Below, in pieces: positions 32,799-42,291 of a stretch of DNA of 64,000 nt. Source of the stretch: Betaproteobacteria bacterium (lineage in GTDB: Bacteria; Pseudomonadota; Gammaproteobacteria; Burkholderiales; SG8-39); contig CANKAJ010000004.1 in assembly GCA_947479645.1 (NCBI GenBank), forward strand, positions 7,201 to 71,200, given 5' to 3'. Positions within the stretch are counted from its first letter, which is position 1. The number at the start of each line of letters is the position of its first letter. A program made the position numbers and the translations under genes. The notes under the pieces were generated by a model. The model saw only the letters and a list, made by a program, of their open reading frames with translations, ran no database searches and was not told where the DNA came from.

Positions 32799-34592
32799 AT
32801 GCGCGCTGTTTCCGAACCAGTAACCGAACATCGTTTGACACTTTCCGAAGTGCTCGATTCGCTTGTGACAGACGGCATCGTCAACCGTGCTGACGCTGAC
32901 CGGCTTGTCGCGGAGCGACGCATGCACCGTGGTGATCATCATCCCTTGGTTGTTATTGCTGACCAGAAGTGGCGGTCGCTGGTGGCGCCGAAAAAGCTCC
33001 TGACGCTGGACTCATTGACCGAATGGCTGGCGGAAAAGACCGGGCTGGAGTATTACCACATCGATCCGTTGAAGATCAATTTCGCGGCGGTAACGGACGT
33101 CATGTCGAATCACTATGCCGGACGATTCAAGATTCTTCCGGTTGAAGTTACGACGCGGGAAGTAGTCATCGCGACTTGTGAGCCGTATGTCAGTGCCTGG
33201 GAAAAGGAACTGAAGCAAATGCTCAGGCTGGAAATCCGGCGCGTCGTGGCGAATCCACTCGACATCAGCCGATATCAGGTTGAGTTCTACAATCTCGCAA
33301 AGTCAATAAAGGGTGCGGAGCGGAGCAGCGAACAGCGCTCAGGTCTGGGTAACTTTGAACAACTGGTGGAGATGGGGCGGTCGAACCGCCAGTTTGATGC
33401 CAATGATCAGCACATCGTGCACGTGGTTGACTGGCTTTGGCAATATGCCTTTGATCAGCGTGCAAGCGATATTCACATGGAACCACGCCGTGATGTCGGG
33501 ATAGTCCGATTTCGGATCGACGGCGTGTTGCATGAGGTGTACAGGATTCCATCCGCGGTGATGTCTGCAATGACCAGCCGCATCAAGATTCTGGGTCGCA
33601 TGGACGTGGTTGAGAAGCGCAGGCCGCAAGATGGCCGAATCAAGACTCGAACGGCAAGCGGCCAGGAAGTGGAACTGCGGCTGTCGACGTTGCCGACCGC
33701 ATTTGGCGAAAAATTAGTCATGCGGATATTTGACCCTGAAGTCATCGTGAAGGATTTTTCCGAGCTTGGTTTTTCCGACGATGACAGGGCGCGTTGGTCA
33801 GGGATGACTGCCCAGCCCAATGGCATTGTTCTGGTTACCGGCCCAACAGGATCTGGCAAGACAACAACGCTCTACTCAACCCTGAAATCGCTTGCAACTC
33901 CCGAAGTCAATGTCTGCACAATTGAGGATCCCATCGAAATGGTTGAGCCTGCGTTCAATCAGATGCAGGTTCAGGCGAGTATTGATCTGGGATTTGCAGA
34001 TGGGGTAAGGGCGCTGATGAGGCAGGATCCTGACATCATCATGGTGGGTGAAATCCGCGACTTTGAAACCGGTGAAATGGCTATTCAGGCAGCGCTGACC
34101 GGCCATCTGGTGCTGTCGACCCTGCATACCAATGATGCCGCCAGCGCCATTACACGTCTGCTTGACTTGGGTATCGCGCCGTATCTGATCAATTCAACAA
34201 TCCTGGGCGTCATGGCGCAACGACTGGTTCGTACGTTATGCCCACATTGCAAGCAGAAAGTGAATTTTGGTCAGCGTGCAGACGATCCGAGTTGGGATGA
34301 ATTTGTGGCGCCCTGGAAGTCCAAGCAGCCAGAATACGTCTACCAGCCGGCGGGATGTCTTGAATGTCGTAATACCGGTTATTCTGGACGCGTGGGTATC
34401 TACGAAGTACTGGTGCTATCGACTGAGGTCAAGCGCTTGATTCATGCAGATGCCGACCTGGCAAAAATTCGCGAGCAAGCCTATAAGGAAGGCATGAAGC
34501 CGCTGCGCATCAGTGGTGCGATGAAGGTCGCCGCTGGTGTTACCACGCTTGAGGAGGTGTTGAAGGTGGCCCCTCCTCCCAAGCAAGTCTGA
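32799..34592 (+). CDS. GspE/PilB/MshE-family secretion ATPase (orphan)
   Basis: T2SSE N-terminal domain; Walker A GPTGSGKTTT; Walker B IMVGEIRD; His box GHLVLSTLHTND; tetracysteine CPHC...CLEC. Confidence 0.9.
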   Translation: MRAVSEPVTEHRLTLSEVLDSLVTDGIVNRADADRLVAERRMHRGDHHPLVVIADQKWRSLVAPKKLLTLDSLTEWLAEKTGLEYYHIDPLKINFAAVTDVMSNHYAGRFKILPVEVTTREVVIATCEPYVSAWEKELKQMLRLEIRRVVANPLDISRYQVEFYNLAKSIKGAERSSEQRSGLGNFEQLVEMGRSNRQFDANDQHIVHVVDWLWQYAFDQRASDIHMEPRRDVGIVRFRIDGVLHEVYRIPSAVMSAMTSRIKILGRMDVVEKRRPQDGRIKTRTASGQEVELRLSTLPTAFGEKLVMRIFDPEVIVKDFSELGFSDDDRARWSGMTAQPNGIVLVTGPTGSGKTTTLYSTLKSLATPEVNVCTIEDPIEMVEPAFNQMQVQASIDLGFADGVRALMRQDPDIIMVGEIRDFETGEMAIQAALTGHLVLSTLHTNDAASAITRLLDLGIAPYLINSTILGVMAQRLVRTLCPHCKQKVNFGQRADDPSWDEFVAPWKSKQPEYVYQPAGCLECRNTGYSGRVGIYEVLVLSTEVKRLIHADADLAKIREQAYKEGMKPLRISGAMKVAAGVTTLEEVLKVAPPPKQV

Positions 34593-34656
34593 TTTTCAAG
34601 CAGGTGACGACTGCACTGCTGTGGAAATCGCGGCAGCGCAGTCATGAGAAAACGTG

Positions 34657-35832
34657 CTACTTGTTGAGTGCGCGCATGGCGCGCTCGATACCGCCAATAG
34701 TGGTCGGAAACATGCGGTTACTCATGACATCCTTGAGTATCTGCGTGGATTGGCGGTATGACCACACTTCCTCAGGCTCCGGATTGAGCCACACAGCCTT
34801 GGGATAGATGTCGAGCATTCGCTTCATCCAGGCTTGCCCGGACTCTTCATTGTGGTATTCGACGGATCCGCCCGGTTCAAGTATTTCATACGGGCTCATT
34901 GATGCGTCACCAACAAAGATCAGTTTGTAGTCGTGAGCATACTTGTGCAGGATATCCCATGTGCGGGTTCGCTCCTCACGTCGCCGCTTGTTGTCCTTCC
35001 ACACGTAGTCATAAAGGCAATTGTGGAAGTAAAAGTACTCAAGGTGCTTGAATTCGGTCTTGGATGCGGAAAAAAGCTCCTCGCACAGCTTTATGTGATC
35101 GTCCATCGAGCCGCCAATGTCCAGAAACATCAGAACCTTGATGGTATTGCGACGCTCGGCCCGCATTGCAATGTCAAGATATCCGGCGTTCTTCGCCGTG
35201 CGATGAATTGTGTTATCAAGATCCAGTTCGTCTAACGCACCTTCGCGCGCGAAGCGGCGCAGCCGGCGCAAGGCAATTTTGAGGTTGCGTGTGCCCAGTT
35301 CAATCTTGTCGTCGAGATTGCGATACTCACGCTGATCCCAAACTTTGACTCCGCCGCGGTTGCGCGACTTTTTCTGTCCAATGCGCACGCCCTCTGCGTT
35401 GTACCCAAAAGCGCCAAATGGTGACGTTCCGGCGGTGCCAATCATCTTGTTGCCGCCCTGGTGCCGCTCCTTTTGTTCTTCTAGGCGCTTCTTGAGCATT
35501 TCCATGAGTTGTTCCCAGCCGCCCATGGCTTCAATGGCCGCTTTTTCCTCGGGAGATAAAGTCAATTCGGCTTGTTTAAGTAGCCATTCCAAGGGCACAT
35601 CAACCTGAACCCCAACCAGCGTTTCTATGCCGTGGAAAAAACCACCAAAAACCTTGTCGAATTTGTCGTAATTCGCTTCGTCCTTTACCAAGGTCATTCG
35701 TGCAAGATAGTAAAAATCCTCTATGGAGGCGGATATGACTCCGCGTTTCAAGCCCTCCATCAAGGTCAGGTACTCCTTGATGGAGACAGGGATCTTGGCT
35801 TCTTTCAGCTTTAGGAAAAATCCTGCGAGCAT
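34657..35832 (-). CDS. VWA domain protein (CoxE-like), partner of the upstream MoxR ATPase
   Basis: C-terminal VWA/MIDAS-like block (VLMFLDIGGSMD). 391 aa. Lies immediately downstream of the MoxR-type gene on the same strand. Confidence 0.75.
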   Translation of the reverse strand: MLAGFFLKLKEAKIPVSIKEYLTLMEGLKRGVISASIEDFYYLARMTLVKDEANYDKFDKVFGGFFHGIETLVGVQVDVPLEWLLKQAELTLSPEEKAAIEAMGGWEQLMEMLKKRLEEQKERHQGGNKMIGTAGTSPFGAFGYNAEGVRIGQKKSRNRGGVKVWDQREYRNLDDKIELGTRNLKIALRRLRRFAREGALDELDLDNTIHRTAKNAGYLDIAMRAERRNTIKVLMFLDIGGSMDDHIKLCEELFSASKTEFKHLEYFYFHNCLYDYVWKDNKRRREERTRTWDILHKYAHDYKLIFVGDASMSPYEILEPGGSVEYHNEESGQAWMKRMLDIYPKAVWLNPEPEEVWSYRQSTQILKDVMSNRMFPTTIGGIERAMRALNK

Positions 35833-35885
35833 GATGGATTAGTGGCGTCTTAGTGAGTGTGGCTGTCGGTTGAGGTCAGGTAGAT

Positions 35886-36731
35886 TCAGTTGCGACCCTG
35901 GCGGGTCATGAATACCAGTTTTTCGAACAGATGAACATCCTGCTCGTTTTTCAACAGTGCACCGTGCAATGGCGGAATAATCTTCTTGTTGTCATTGCTG
36001 CGCAGCGCATCCGGAGGGATGTCTTCGGCGAGCAATAACTTGAGCCAGTCCAGCAGTTCAGAGGTTGAAGGCTTTTTCTTGAGGCCAGGGACTTCGCGAA
36101 TCTCGAAAAATGTATGCAATGCTTCCTTCAGCAGTGCCTGTTTGATTCCCGGATAATGAACTTCGACGATTTTTTCCATGGTTTCCTTGTCAGGAAATCG
36201 GATGTAATGGAAAAAGCAGCGTCTCAGGAATGCGTCAGGAAGTTCCTTTTCATTGTTGGATGTAATGAAGACGATCGGTCGATGCTTCGTCTTGATCAGT
36301 TCGCGTGTTTCATAAACAAAGAACTCCATGCGGTCCAGTTCACGCAACAGGTCATTCGGGAATTCGATATCCGCCTTGTCGACTTCGTCGATGAGCAGCA
36401 CGACTGGCTCATCCGAAGAAAATGCCTGCCAAAGCGTTCCCTTGACGATGTAGTTTGAAATGTCCTTGACCCGCTGGTCTCCGAGTTGCGAGTCCCGAAG
36501 TCTTGATACGGCGTCGTATTCATATAGGCCTTGCTGCGCTTTGGTCGTCGATTTTACGTGCCATTCAAGCAAGGGCATGCCAAGTGACGCCGCAACTTCC
36601 TCAGCCAGTTTGGTTTTGCCGGTGCCCGGCTCGCCCTTGACAAGAAGAGGCCGTTCCAGCGTAACGGCAGCGTTGACTGCAAGCATGAGATCATCGGTTG
36701 CGACGTACGTGGATGAGCCTTGGAAGCGCAT
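35886..36731 (-). CDS. MoxR-family AAA+ ATPase
   Basis: Walker A GEPGTGKT, Walker B LLIDEVDKA, 281 aa. Typical MoxR/CoxD-like length and pairing with a VWA protein. Confidence 0.85.
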   Translation of the reverse strand: MRFQGSSTYVATDDLMLAVNAAVTLERPLLVKGEPGTGKTKLAEEVAASLGMPLLEWHVKSTTKAQQGLYEYDAVSRLRDSQLGDQRVKDISNYIVKGTLWQAFSSDEPVVLLIDEVDKADIEFPNDLLRELDRMEFFVYETRELIKTKHRPIVFITSNNEKELPDAFLRRCFFHYIRFPDKETMEKIVEVHYPGIKQALLKEALHTFFEIREVPGLKKKPSTSELLDWLKLLLAEDIPPDALRSNDNKKIIPPLHGALLKNEQDVHLFEKLVFMTRQGRN

Positions 36732-37050
36732 GACGGGAACCTTGCCTATTGGAAAAAAGGAATCGCATTATAGCCGGCTTGGGCCAGACTTCGGAAATTG
36801 GAAAATAGGCACCCTTTCGATCGCCCCCCAAGGGGTAATGATGGGGGGACATTCCTGATACGCGGAAGGGTTGCAATCTATCGGCTTTTTCATGTTGCAG
36901 TCTTTCGATCAAGCGGAGTCTCGCGTGTGGTAGCGATCCATAAATGACTTTTTTGAAGCTCTTTGACCGTGGTGGGTCACGTCGGCTAGAATTGCCCCGG
37001 TTTAGAAAGTCTGCAAGTCTTCTTCCATACAAGTTTTGATCAGAGACCTC

Positions 37051-37383
37051 ATGATGAGAATATCGCTGGGAACGATTGTTGCGGCACTGGCAGCAGGGAC
37101 ATTCGCTGTCGGAGCACATGCGCAATCGGCCGCACCTTCGGCTAACAAGGGCAATATCTCAATGTGCATTGGTTGCCATGGCATTGCCGAATACCACACG
37201 GCATTTCCAGAGGTCTATCACGTCCCCAGAATCGCCGGACAATCCCCTCAGTATATTGTGAAGGCGTTGCAGTCCTATCGTTCCGGGGAGCGAAGCCATC
37301 CGTCCATGCGTGGAATCGCAAGAACACTTTCAGATCAGGACATAGCCAGCCTTGCGTCTTATTACGGGGGGAGCGGCAAATGA
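37051..37383 (+). CDS. Monoheme class I cytochrome c (c4-half-like), periplasmic
   Basis: Signal peptide, one CIGCHG heme site and a distal Met region (HPSMRG). The ORF track starts at a TTG at 37036. Confidence 0.8.
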   Translation: MMRISLGTIVAALAAGTFAVGAHAQSAAPSANKGNISMCIGCHGIAEYHTAFPEVYHVPRIAGQSPQYIVKALQSYRSGERSHPSMRGIARTLSDQDIASLASYYGGSGK

Positions 37384-37718
37384 AATCGACTGCGCTGAAA
37401 TTGCTGTTGTGCAGTGTGATTGCAACCTTTTCCTCGGGGGTTCTTGCCCGCGGTGATGCTGCTGCAGGTCAGGCGAAAGCCAAGCAAGTCTGCGCAGCAT
37501 GTCATGGGGAAAACGGTGATAAGCCGTTGCAGCCTGAATACCCCATTCTTGCGGGTCAGCACGTCGACTATCTTGCCAAGGCCCTTAAAGACTACAAGTC
37601 CGGTGCGCGCAAGAATGCCATCATGGGTGCGATGGCGCAGCCGTTGACCGCCAAGGATATTAGTGATGTGACTGCATGGTTTGCGTCGCAGCCTGGTCCG
37701 TTGCAAGTCAAGCGCTGA
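37380..37718 (+). CDS. Monoheme class I cytochrome c (c4-half-like), periplasmic
   Basis: ATGA overlap with the previous gene. Signal peptide MKSTALKLLLCSVIATFSSGVLA, CAACHG heme site, NAIMGAM distal Met region. Confidence 0.8.
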   Translation: MKSTALKLLLCSVIATFSSGVLARGDAAAGQAKAKQVCAACHGENGDKPLQPEYPILAGQHVDYLAKALKDYKSGARKNAIMGAMAQPLTAKDISDVTAWFASQPGPLQVKR

Positions 37719-37761
37719 TTCAGCAGGTATGTAAGCGGCTTTGCTGTGTGCCGCACGGCAG

Positions 37762-38184
37762 TCAGCGTTGCCTCAGGCAATTCAAGTAGGCAGCCCCGTC
37801 CGGGGGGCTTGAATCGCGCTGAGCGCGCCAGATCATTTCGCCAAGACATTCGATAGCAGAATGCAGCGCCGCGTGGCGGTCGGTCTTTTTTTCCAGGATG
37901 CGCTGAAATGCAGCCCGGACTCCCGGCGGTTGATCAATGGCGAGTTGTTCCTCTATGGCCAGATGCAAGCTGAGATGCAGAAACGGATTCATTTGCCCGG
38001 TTTCAGGCGTGAAGTCGCGATGAATTGATTCGACGCGATTCGTCAGTAGTTGATGATATTCTGGATGAAGCAGGATGATTTCGATGACCTGTGTTTCCAT
38101 TCCAGCCAGCGGCATGCCGGCACAATATTTTTCCCACGTTCCTGACAGAAACTCTCGGACTTGCTCTCGGCTTGGATTGAACAT
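37762..38184 (-). CDS. DUF1841-family protein
   Basis: MFNPSREQVREFLSGTWEKY... matches my recollection of DUF1841 N-termini. The start overlaps the nth stop (TGATG). Confidence 0.6.
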   Translation of the reverse strand: MFNPSREQVREFLSGTWEKYCAGMPLAGMETQVIEIILLHPEYHQLLTNRVESIHRDFTPETGQMNPFLHLSLHLAIEEQLAIDQPPGVRAAFQRILEKKTDRHAALHSAIECLGEMIWRAQRDSSPPDGAAYLNCLRQR

Positions 38185-38834
38185 CAGGACCGTTCTTCCA
38201 GGAACTTGGTCTTGGAGCGGAATTCGCACAGATCGCGAATCAGGCAATTCGGGCATTGTGGCAAACGCGCCTTGCACACGTAACGACCATGCAGCAGAAG
38301 CCAATGGTGCGCATCAAGCAGAAATTGCGGCGGCACGAATTTGAGCAGGCGATTTTCGACTTCTATGACGTTTTTCCCTGGGGCCAGCCCCGTACGATTG
38401 GCCACGCGAAAGATATGGGTGTCGACAGCAATGGTCGGCTGGCCGAACGCAGTATTGAGAATGACATTGGCTGTCTTTCGGCCTACGCCGGGAAGTGCCT
38501 CAAGCGCCTCCCTGGAATCGGGAACTTCTCCATCGTGTCGTTCGAGCAGGTAACGACAGGTCGAAATGATATGCCTTGCCTTGGAGCGAAACAGACCTAT
38601 GGTTTTGATATAGGGTATCAGTCCCTCTTCATCCAGTGCCAGGATCGCTGTCGGGGAGTCGGCACGCTCAAATAATGCTCGCGTGGCGAGATTGACGCTC
38701 TTGTCAGTGGCCTGTGCGGACAGCATTACTGCCACAAGCAGTTCAAATGGTGAATGGAATACGAGTTCGGTGGTTGGCTTGGTATTGGCCTCCCGCAGTC
38801 GTTCAAAAATTTGTAGCCGCTTTTTAGGGTTCAT
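38184..38834 (-). CDS. nth: Endonuclease III
   Basis: HhH-GPD region LPGVGRKTANV and the C-terminal 4Fe-4S loop CKARLPQCPNCLIRDLC. ATG at 38834 (MNPKKRLQIFERL). Confidence 0.92.
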   Translation of the reverse strand: MNPKKRLQIFERLREANTKPTTELVFHSPFELLVAVMLSAQATDKSVNLATRALFERADSPTAILALDEEGLIPYIKTIGLFRSKARHIISTCRYLLERHDGEVPDSREALEALPGVGRKTANVILNTAFGQPTIAVDTHIFRVANRTGLAPGKNVIEVENRLLKFVPPQFLLDAHHWLLLHGRYVCKARLPQCPNCLIRDLCEFRSKTKFLEERS

Positions 38835-38875
38835 TTTAGGCTGACTTGCGCGGTTGCATCCACGAGAACTGGATC

Positions 38876-39556
38876 TCAAGTTCCATCGTAAATTTGCGAA
38901 GTGGCATCAGCAGCTAGTGACGCTTTTGCCGGGTGGGCGCGTTGTATTTTGGCGCGTTCGATTGCCGCCTGTATCAATCGCATTTTTGGCTTGCTCTGTT
39001 GAGTCGGAGACTGCGGTCGTGCGGAAAATTTATCCATGCGTTGCTCCTGTTCAAAGCGCCGCCGCAATTGGTGCCGTTCATGTCGTTGCCTAGCCAGGCT
39101 GGCACGGTCACTGTTCCATATGGATTGCTCACCCTCGGCTTTTGTCATTGTTATGCAATCTACCGGACAGGGCGCAACACATAATTCACAGCCGGTGCAT
39201 TGATCGGTTAGGACCGTATGCATGTGCCTCGCCCCGCCGATGATGGCGTCTACAGGACATGCCTGTATGCACAGGGTGCAGCCAATGCAAAGTGCCTCGT
39301 CAATCTGCGCAGTACACAGTGGCTGCTCCGTGCCAAAGTGAGGATTGAGTGGTTTGTAGGCTTTATGCAGAAGCGCCGCAAGTTTTCGAATGCCAGAGTC
39401 TCCGCCGGGCGGGCATTGATTCAGGTCAGCAACATCTCTGGCGAGCGCCTCTGCATAAGGCCGGCAGCCGGCGTAGCCGCATTTGGTGCACTGCGACTGC
39501 GGGAGAATCGCATCAATGCGGGCGCTTAGATCATGTACGAAATCGTCCATTTCCAT
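38876..39556 (-). CDS. rnfB: RnfB/RsxB-like ferredoxin-type protein (orphan)
   Basis: N-terminal [12 protein letters not shown]..., NQCPPGG, and two 4Fe-4S motifs ([24 protein letters not shown]). Basic C-terminal tail. No other rnf genes in the window. Confidence 0.75.
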   Translation of the reverse strand: MEMDDFVHDLSARIDAILPQSQCTKCGYAGCRPYAEALARDVADLNQCPPGGDSGIRKLAALLHKAYKPLNPHFGTEQPLCTAQIDEALCIGCTLCIQACPVDAIIGGARHMHTVLTDQCTGCELCVAPCPVDCITMTKAEGEQSIWNSDRASLARQRHERHQLRRRFEQEQRMDKFSARPQSPTQQSKPKMRLIQAAIERAKIQRAHPAKASLAADATSQIYDGT

Positions 39557-39571
39557 GCACCTAATGGCGGT

Positions 39572-40582
39572 TCACAGCCCGCTCACAATTTCGCCAATAA
39601 CACCAGGGCCACGATAGACAAGGCCGCAGTAAAGTTGCAGTAGTGTTGCACCGGCGTTCAGTTTGTCGCGTGCGTGCTCGGCACTCATGATGCCTCCCAC
39701 GCCAATGATGGGCAGTGCTCCATCGAGCGCGCGCGCCAGTTTGTATATGACCAGCGTTGATGCTTCCCTTAGTGGGGCACCTGACAGGCCACCTTGTTCG
39801 TCGGCATGTGGAAGTCCCTGCACAAGTTCGCGCGACAGTGTCGTATTTGTTGCAATCACCGCGTCCATTTTTTCGGCGACGGCGATGCGCGCGATCGATT
39901 CGATGGTTGCATCGTCAATGTCGGGGGCAATCTTGAGTGCGAGGGCAACTCGTCGCCCATGCTTTTGTGCAAGACGCTCACGCGTCTGATGCATTGCTGC
40001 AAGCAACGGGGCCAGTTCCTCCGGGGCCTGCAGATTTCGAAGATTCTGCGTATTGGGCGATGAGATGTTGATGGTGGCAAAGTGCACCAGCGGGTAGATC
40101 TTTTCGAGAGAAAGAATGTAGTCGTTGGCGGCAAGTTCCAGCGGTGTGTCCTTGTTCTTGCCAAGATTGACGCCGAGTATGCCCTTGTAATGCGCCTGTC
40201 GCAGATTGTCTGCAAACTTTTCTATGCCAACGCTGTTGAATCCGAATCGATTGATGATGGCTTCGGCAGAGGGCAATCGAAATACGCGTGGTCGCGGATT
40301 CCCGGGTTGCGGTAGTGGTGTAACGCCACCGATTTCCAGAAATCCGAAACCAAGGGAACCCAGAGCATCTACATAATCCGCATTCTTATCCAAACCCGCG
40401 GCAAGTCCGAGCGGATTTGGAAAATCCAGCCCCATTGCGCTTACAGGTTTTGGCGGGGCAGAGCTCGCAATCAATTTGAGCAGGCCGCTTTGCTGAAGCA
40501 GACTCAACAGCCGCAGGCTAAGGGTGTGTGCCGACTCGGGGTCGATTTTGAACAGCAGTGGGCGTGCGAGGCGATAAATCAT
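39572..40582 (-). CDS. pyrD: Dihydroorotate dehydrogenase (quinone), class 2
   Basis: FPNPLGLAAGLDKN, GFLEIGGVTP, NISSPNT, GGLSG. Confidence 0.95.
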   Translation of the reverse strand: MIYRLARPLLFKIDPESAHTLSLRLLSLLQQSGLLKLIASSAPPKPVSAMGLDFPNPLGLAAGLDKNADYVDALGSLGFGFLEIGGVTPLPQPGNPRPRVFRLPSAEAIINRFGFNSVGIEKFADNLRQAHYKGILGVNLGKNKDTPLELAANDYILSLEKIYPLVHFATINISSPNTQNLRNLQAPEELAPLLAAMHQTRERLAQKHGRRVALALKIAPDIDDATIESIARIAVAEKMDAVIATNTTLSRELVQGLPHADEQGGLSGAPLREASTLVIYKLARALDGALPIIGVGGIMSAEHARDKLNAGATLLQLYCGLVYRGPGVIGEIVSGL

Positions 40583-40607
40583 TGCAGCATTGTAACAATT
40601 GCAGCGG

Positions 40608-41348
40608 TCAGCTTTGCGTTTTGCCGTTATTCAAATCCTGCCATTGACCATCGAAAAATCCCTCTACCGGCAAGAATCCGGCTTTGTAGGCCATCTTGGT
40701 GCTTTCACCTATCCAATACCCAAGATACAAATAGGGCAAGCCCAGTTTTCGGCACTGATCAATTTGCCAGAGGATATTGTAAGTTCCAAAACTGGCGCCC
40801 ATGATGTCCGGGTCGAAGAACGTGTATACAGACGAAAGGCCGTCGCTGAGTTGATCGACAATTGAAACCATAACCAATTGTCCCGCATCGCGAAATTCGA
40901 TCAATCGCGTGTTGACTCTGCTCTGCAGCAGGAAATGCGAATACTGATCCCGACTATCCTGATCCATGCCCCCGCCGGCGTGACGACTGGACTGGTAGCG
41001 AAGATATAGCGCGTAGTGCTCAGCCCGGAAGTGCAGGCCGGTCATCGCAGGGGGCAAATGCTGGTGCTTTTGCCATGCCCGCCGCTGGCTGCGTGACGGC
41101 GCAAATGTTGCGACCGGTACCCGTACCGGGATGCAGGCCCGGCAATGATCACAATAGGGACGGTACGTAAAGATGCCGGAGCGACGAAATCCCTGTCTAA
41201 CCAGGTCGCCATAGAGGTCATTCCCGATCAGGTGACTCGGAGTGGCAACCTGGGATCTCGCCATGTGCCCGGGCAGGTAGCTGCACGGGTAGGGGGCTGT
41301 CACATAGAACTGCAGTACTGTTTGTGGCAGGTCGTTCAGTTTGGACAT
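40608..41348 (-). CDS. bpt: Arginyl/leucyl-tRNA-protein transferase Bpt (N-degron pathway)
   Basis: [15 protein letters not shown]-terminus, [25 protein letters not shown]. Confidence 0.88.
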   Translation of the reverse strand: MSKLNDLPQTVLQFYVTAPYPCSYLPGHMARSQVATPSHLIGNDLYGDLVRQGFRRSGIFTYRPYCDHCRACIPVRVPVATFAPSRSQRRAWQKHQHLPPAMTGLHFRAEHYALYLRYQSSRHAGGGMDQDSRDQYSHFLLQSRVNTRLIEFRDAGQLVMVSIVDQLSDGLSSVYTFFDPDIMGASFGTYNILWQIDQCRKLGLPYLYLGYWIGESTKMAYKAGFLPVEGFFDGQWQDLNNGKTQS

Positions 41349-42067
41349 GAATGTCTTGAGTGTGTTGGTAAATCAAGAACCGTGGATGCCGATGCCCAGG
41401 AGCCCAATGTGCATGGGAAGTCTACCAATTCGCGGAGCAAGTCGGAAAACTGCTTGCGAGGAAAATCCCTTGCCCCCATGGAGGCTAGATGACTGGTGTG
41501 CATCTGACAGTCGATGAGGCCAAAGTCAAGGCTGCGCAACTGCTGAGCCAGAGCAACCAGTGCGATTTTTGATGCATCACGCTCGCATGAAAACATGGAC
41601 TCGCCAAAAAATGCACGTCCGATCGCAATTCCGTAAAGTCCCCCGGCGAGCTCTTCTCCGATCCAGGTCTCTACTGAATGGGCATAGCCCATGCGATGAA
41701 GCGTTTCGTAAGCGATACGCATGTCCGGATTGATCCAGGTTCCCGATTGTCCTGGCCGCGGTGCACTACACGCTTCCATGACAGCGGCAAAGCTGCTGTC
41801 GAAGCGAATTGAATAGTCGCGGTTTCGAAGTGTTTTGGCCAGTGAGCGCGAGATTTTCAATTCCTCTGGAATGAGCAGCATGCGCGGATCCGGACTCCAC
41901 CACAAGATCGGGTCGCCGGGCGAATACCAGGGAAAAATCCCTTGCCGATAGGCTGCCAGCAGCCGCTGCGGCATCAAATCGCCCCCGGCGGCGAGCAAGC
42001 CATTGGGCGAGGCAAGGGCTGTTTCCACAGGCGGAAACTCGATATTTTGATTGAGCCATGGGACCAT
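41336..42067 (-). CDS. aat: Leucyl/phenylalanyl-tRNA-protein transferase
   Basis: [47 protein letters not shown]. Confidence 0.92.
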   Translation of the reverse strand: MVPWLNQNIEFPPVETALASPNGLLAAGGDLMPQRLLAAYRQGIFPWYSPGDPILWWSPDPRMLLIPEELKISRSLAKTLRNRDYSIRFDSSFAAVMEACSAPRPGQSGTWINPDMRIAYETLHRMGYAHSVETWIGEELAGGLYGIAIGRAFFGESMFSCERDASKIALVALAQQLRSLDFGLIDCQMHTSHLASMGARDFPRKQFSDLLRELVDFPCTLGSWASASTVLDLPTHSRHSCPN

Positions 42068-42291
42068 GGTGGAGAGATGCCGGTTTCGTGATGAAGTGAT
42101 ACGGACCTTGATTTTACGAAATTAAAACTTGTCTGCGGCCACTGCCTTGAACCCAACTGCAAAAATATGCATAGGCACTAATTTTTGAGTCAGGTTCTGG
42201 TACACAAGCAGGTATGCCGCGTTGCATAATAGCGTCCGCAGAGTACGACCGGCACAGACTGGCCTCTGCCCAACAAATAACAGGGGGGGAA

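Noticed and set aside
32799-32950. MshEN-type c-di-GMP binding motif at the N-terminus of the GspE-like ATPase
   Set aside because: Only one degenerate copy is present, and its Gly is out of register with the RLGxxLLxxGLL pattern. That is insufficient to claim binding.
36732-37035. 144-aa and 132-aa ORFs crossing the MoxR / cytochrome c intergenic region
   Set aside because: They have Arg/Ser/Cys-rich composition, overlap the MoxR 5' end, and have no RBS. The region more likely holds the two divergent promoters, with a CCCCCC...GGGGGG hairpin at about 36825-36850.
42150-42291. Sigma-54 (TGGCAC-N5-TTGC) promoter upstream of amt
   Set aside because: The nearest candidates (AGGCAC...TTTGA and GGTATGCCGCGTTGCA) have GG-to-GC spacing off by one or lack the GC. 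Sigma-54 spacing is strict.
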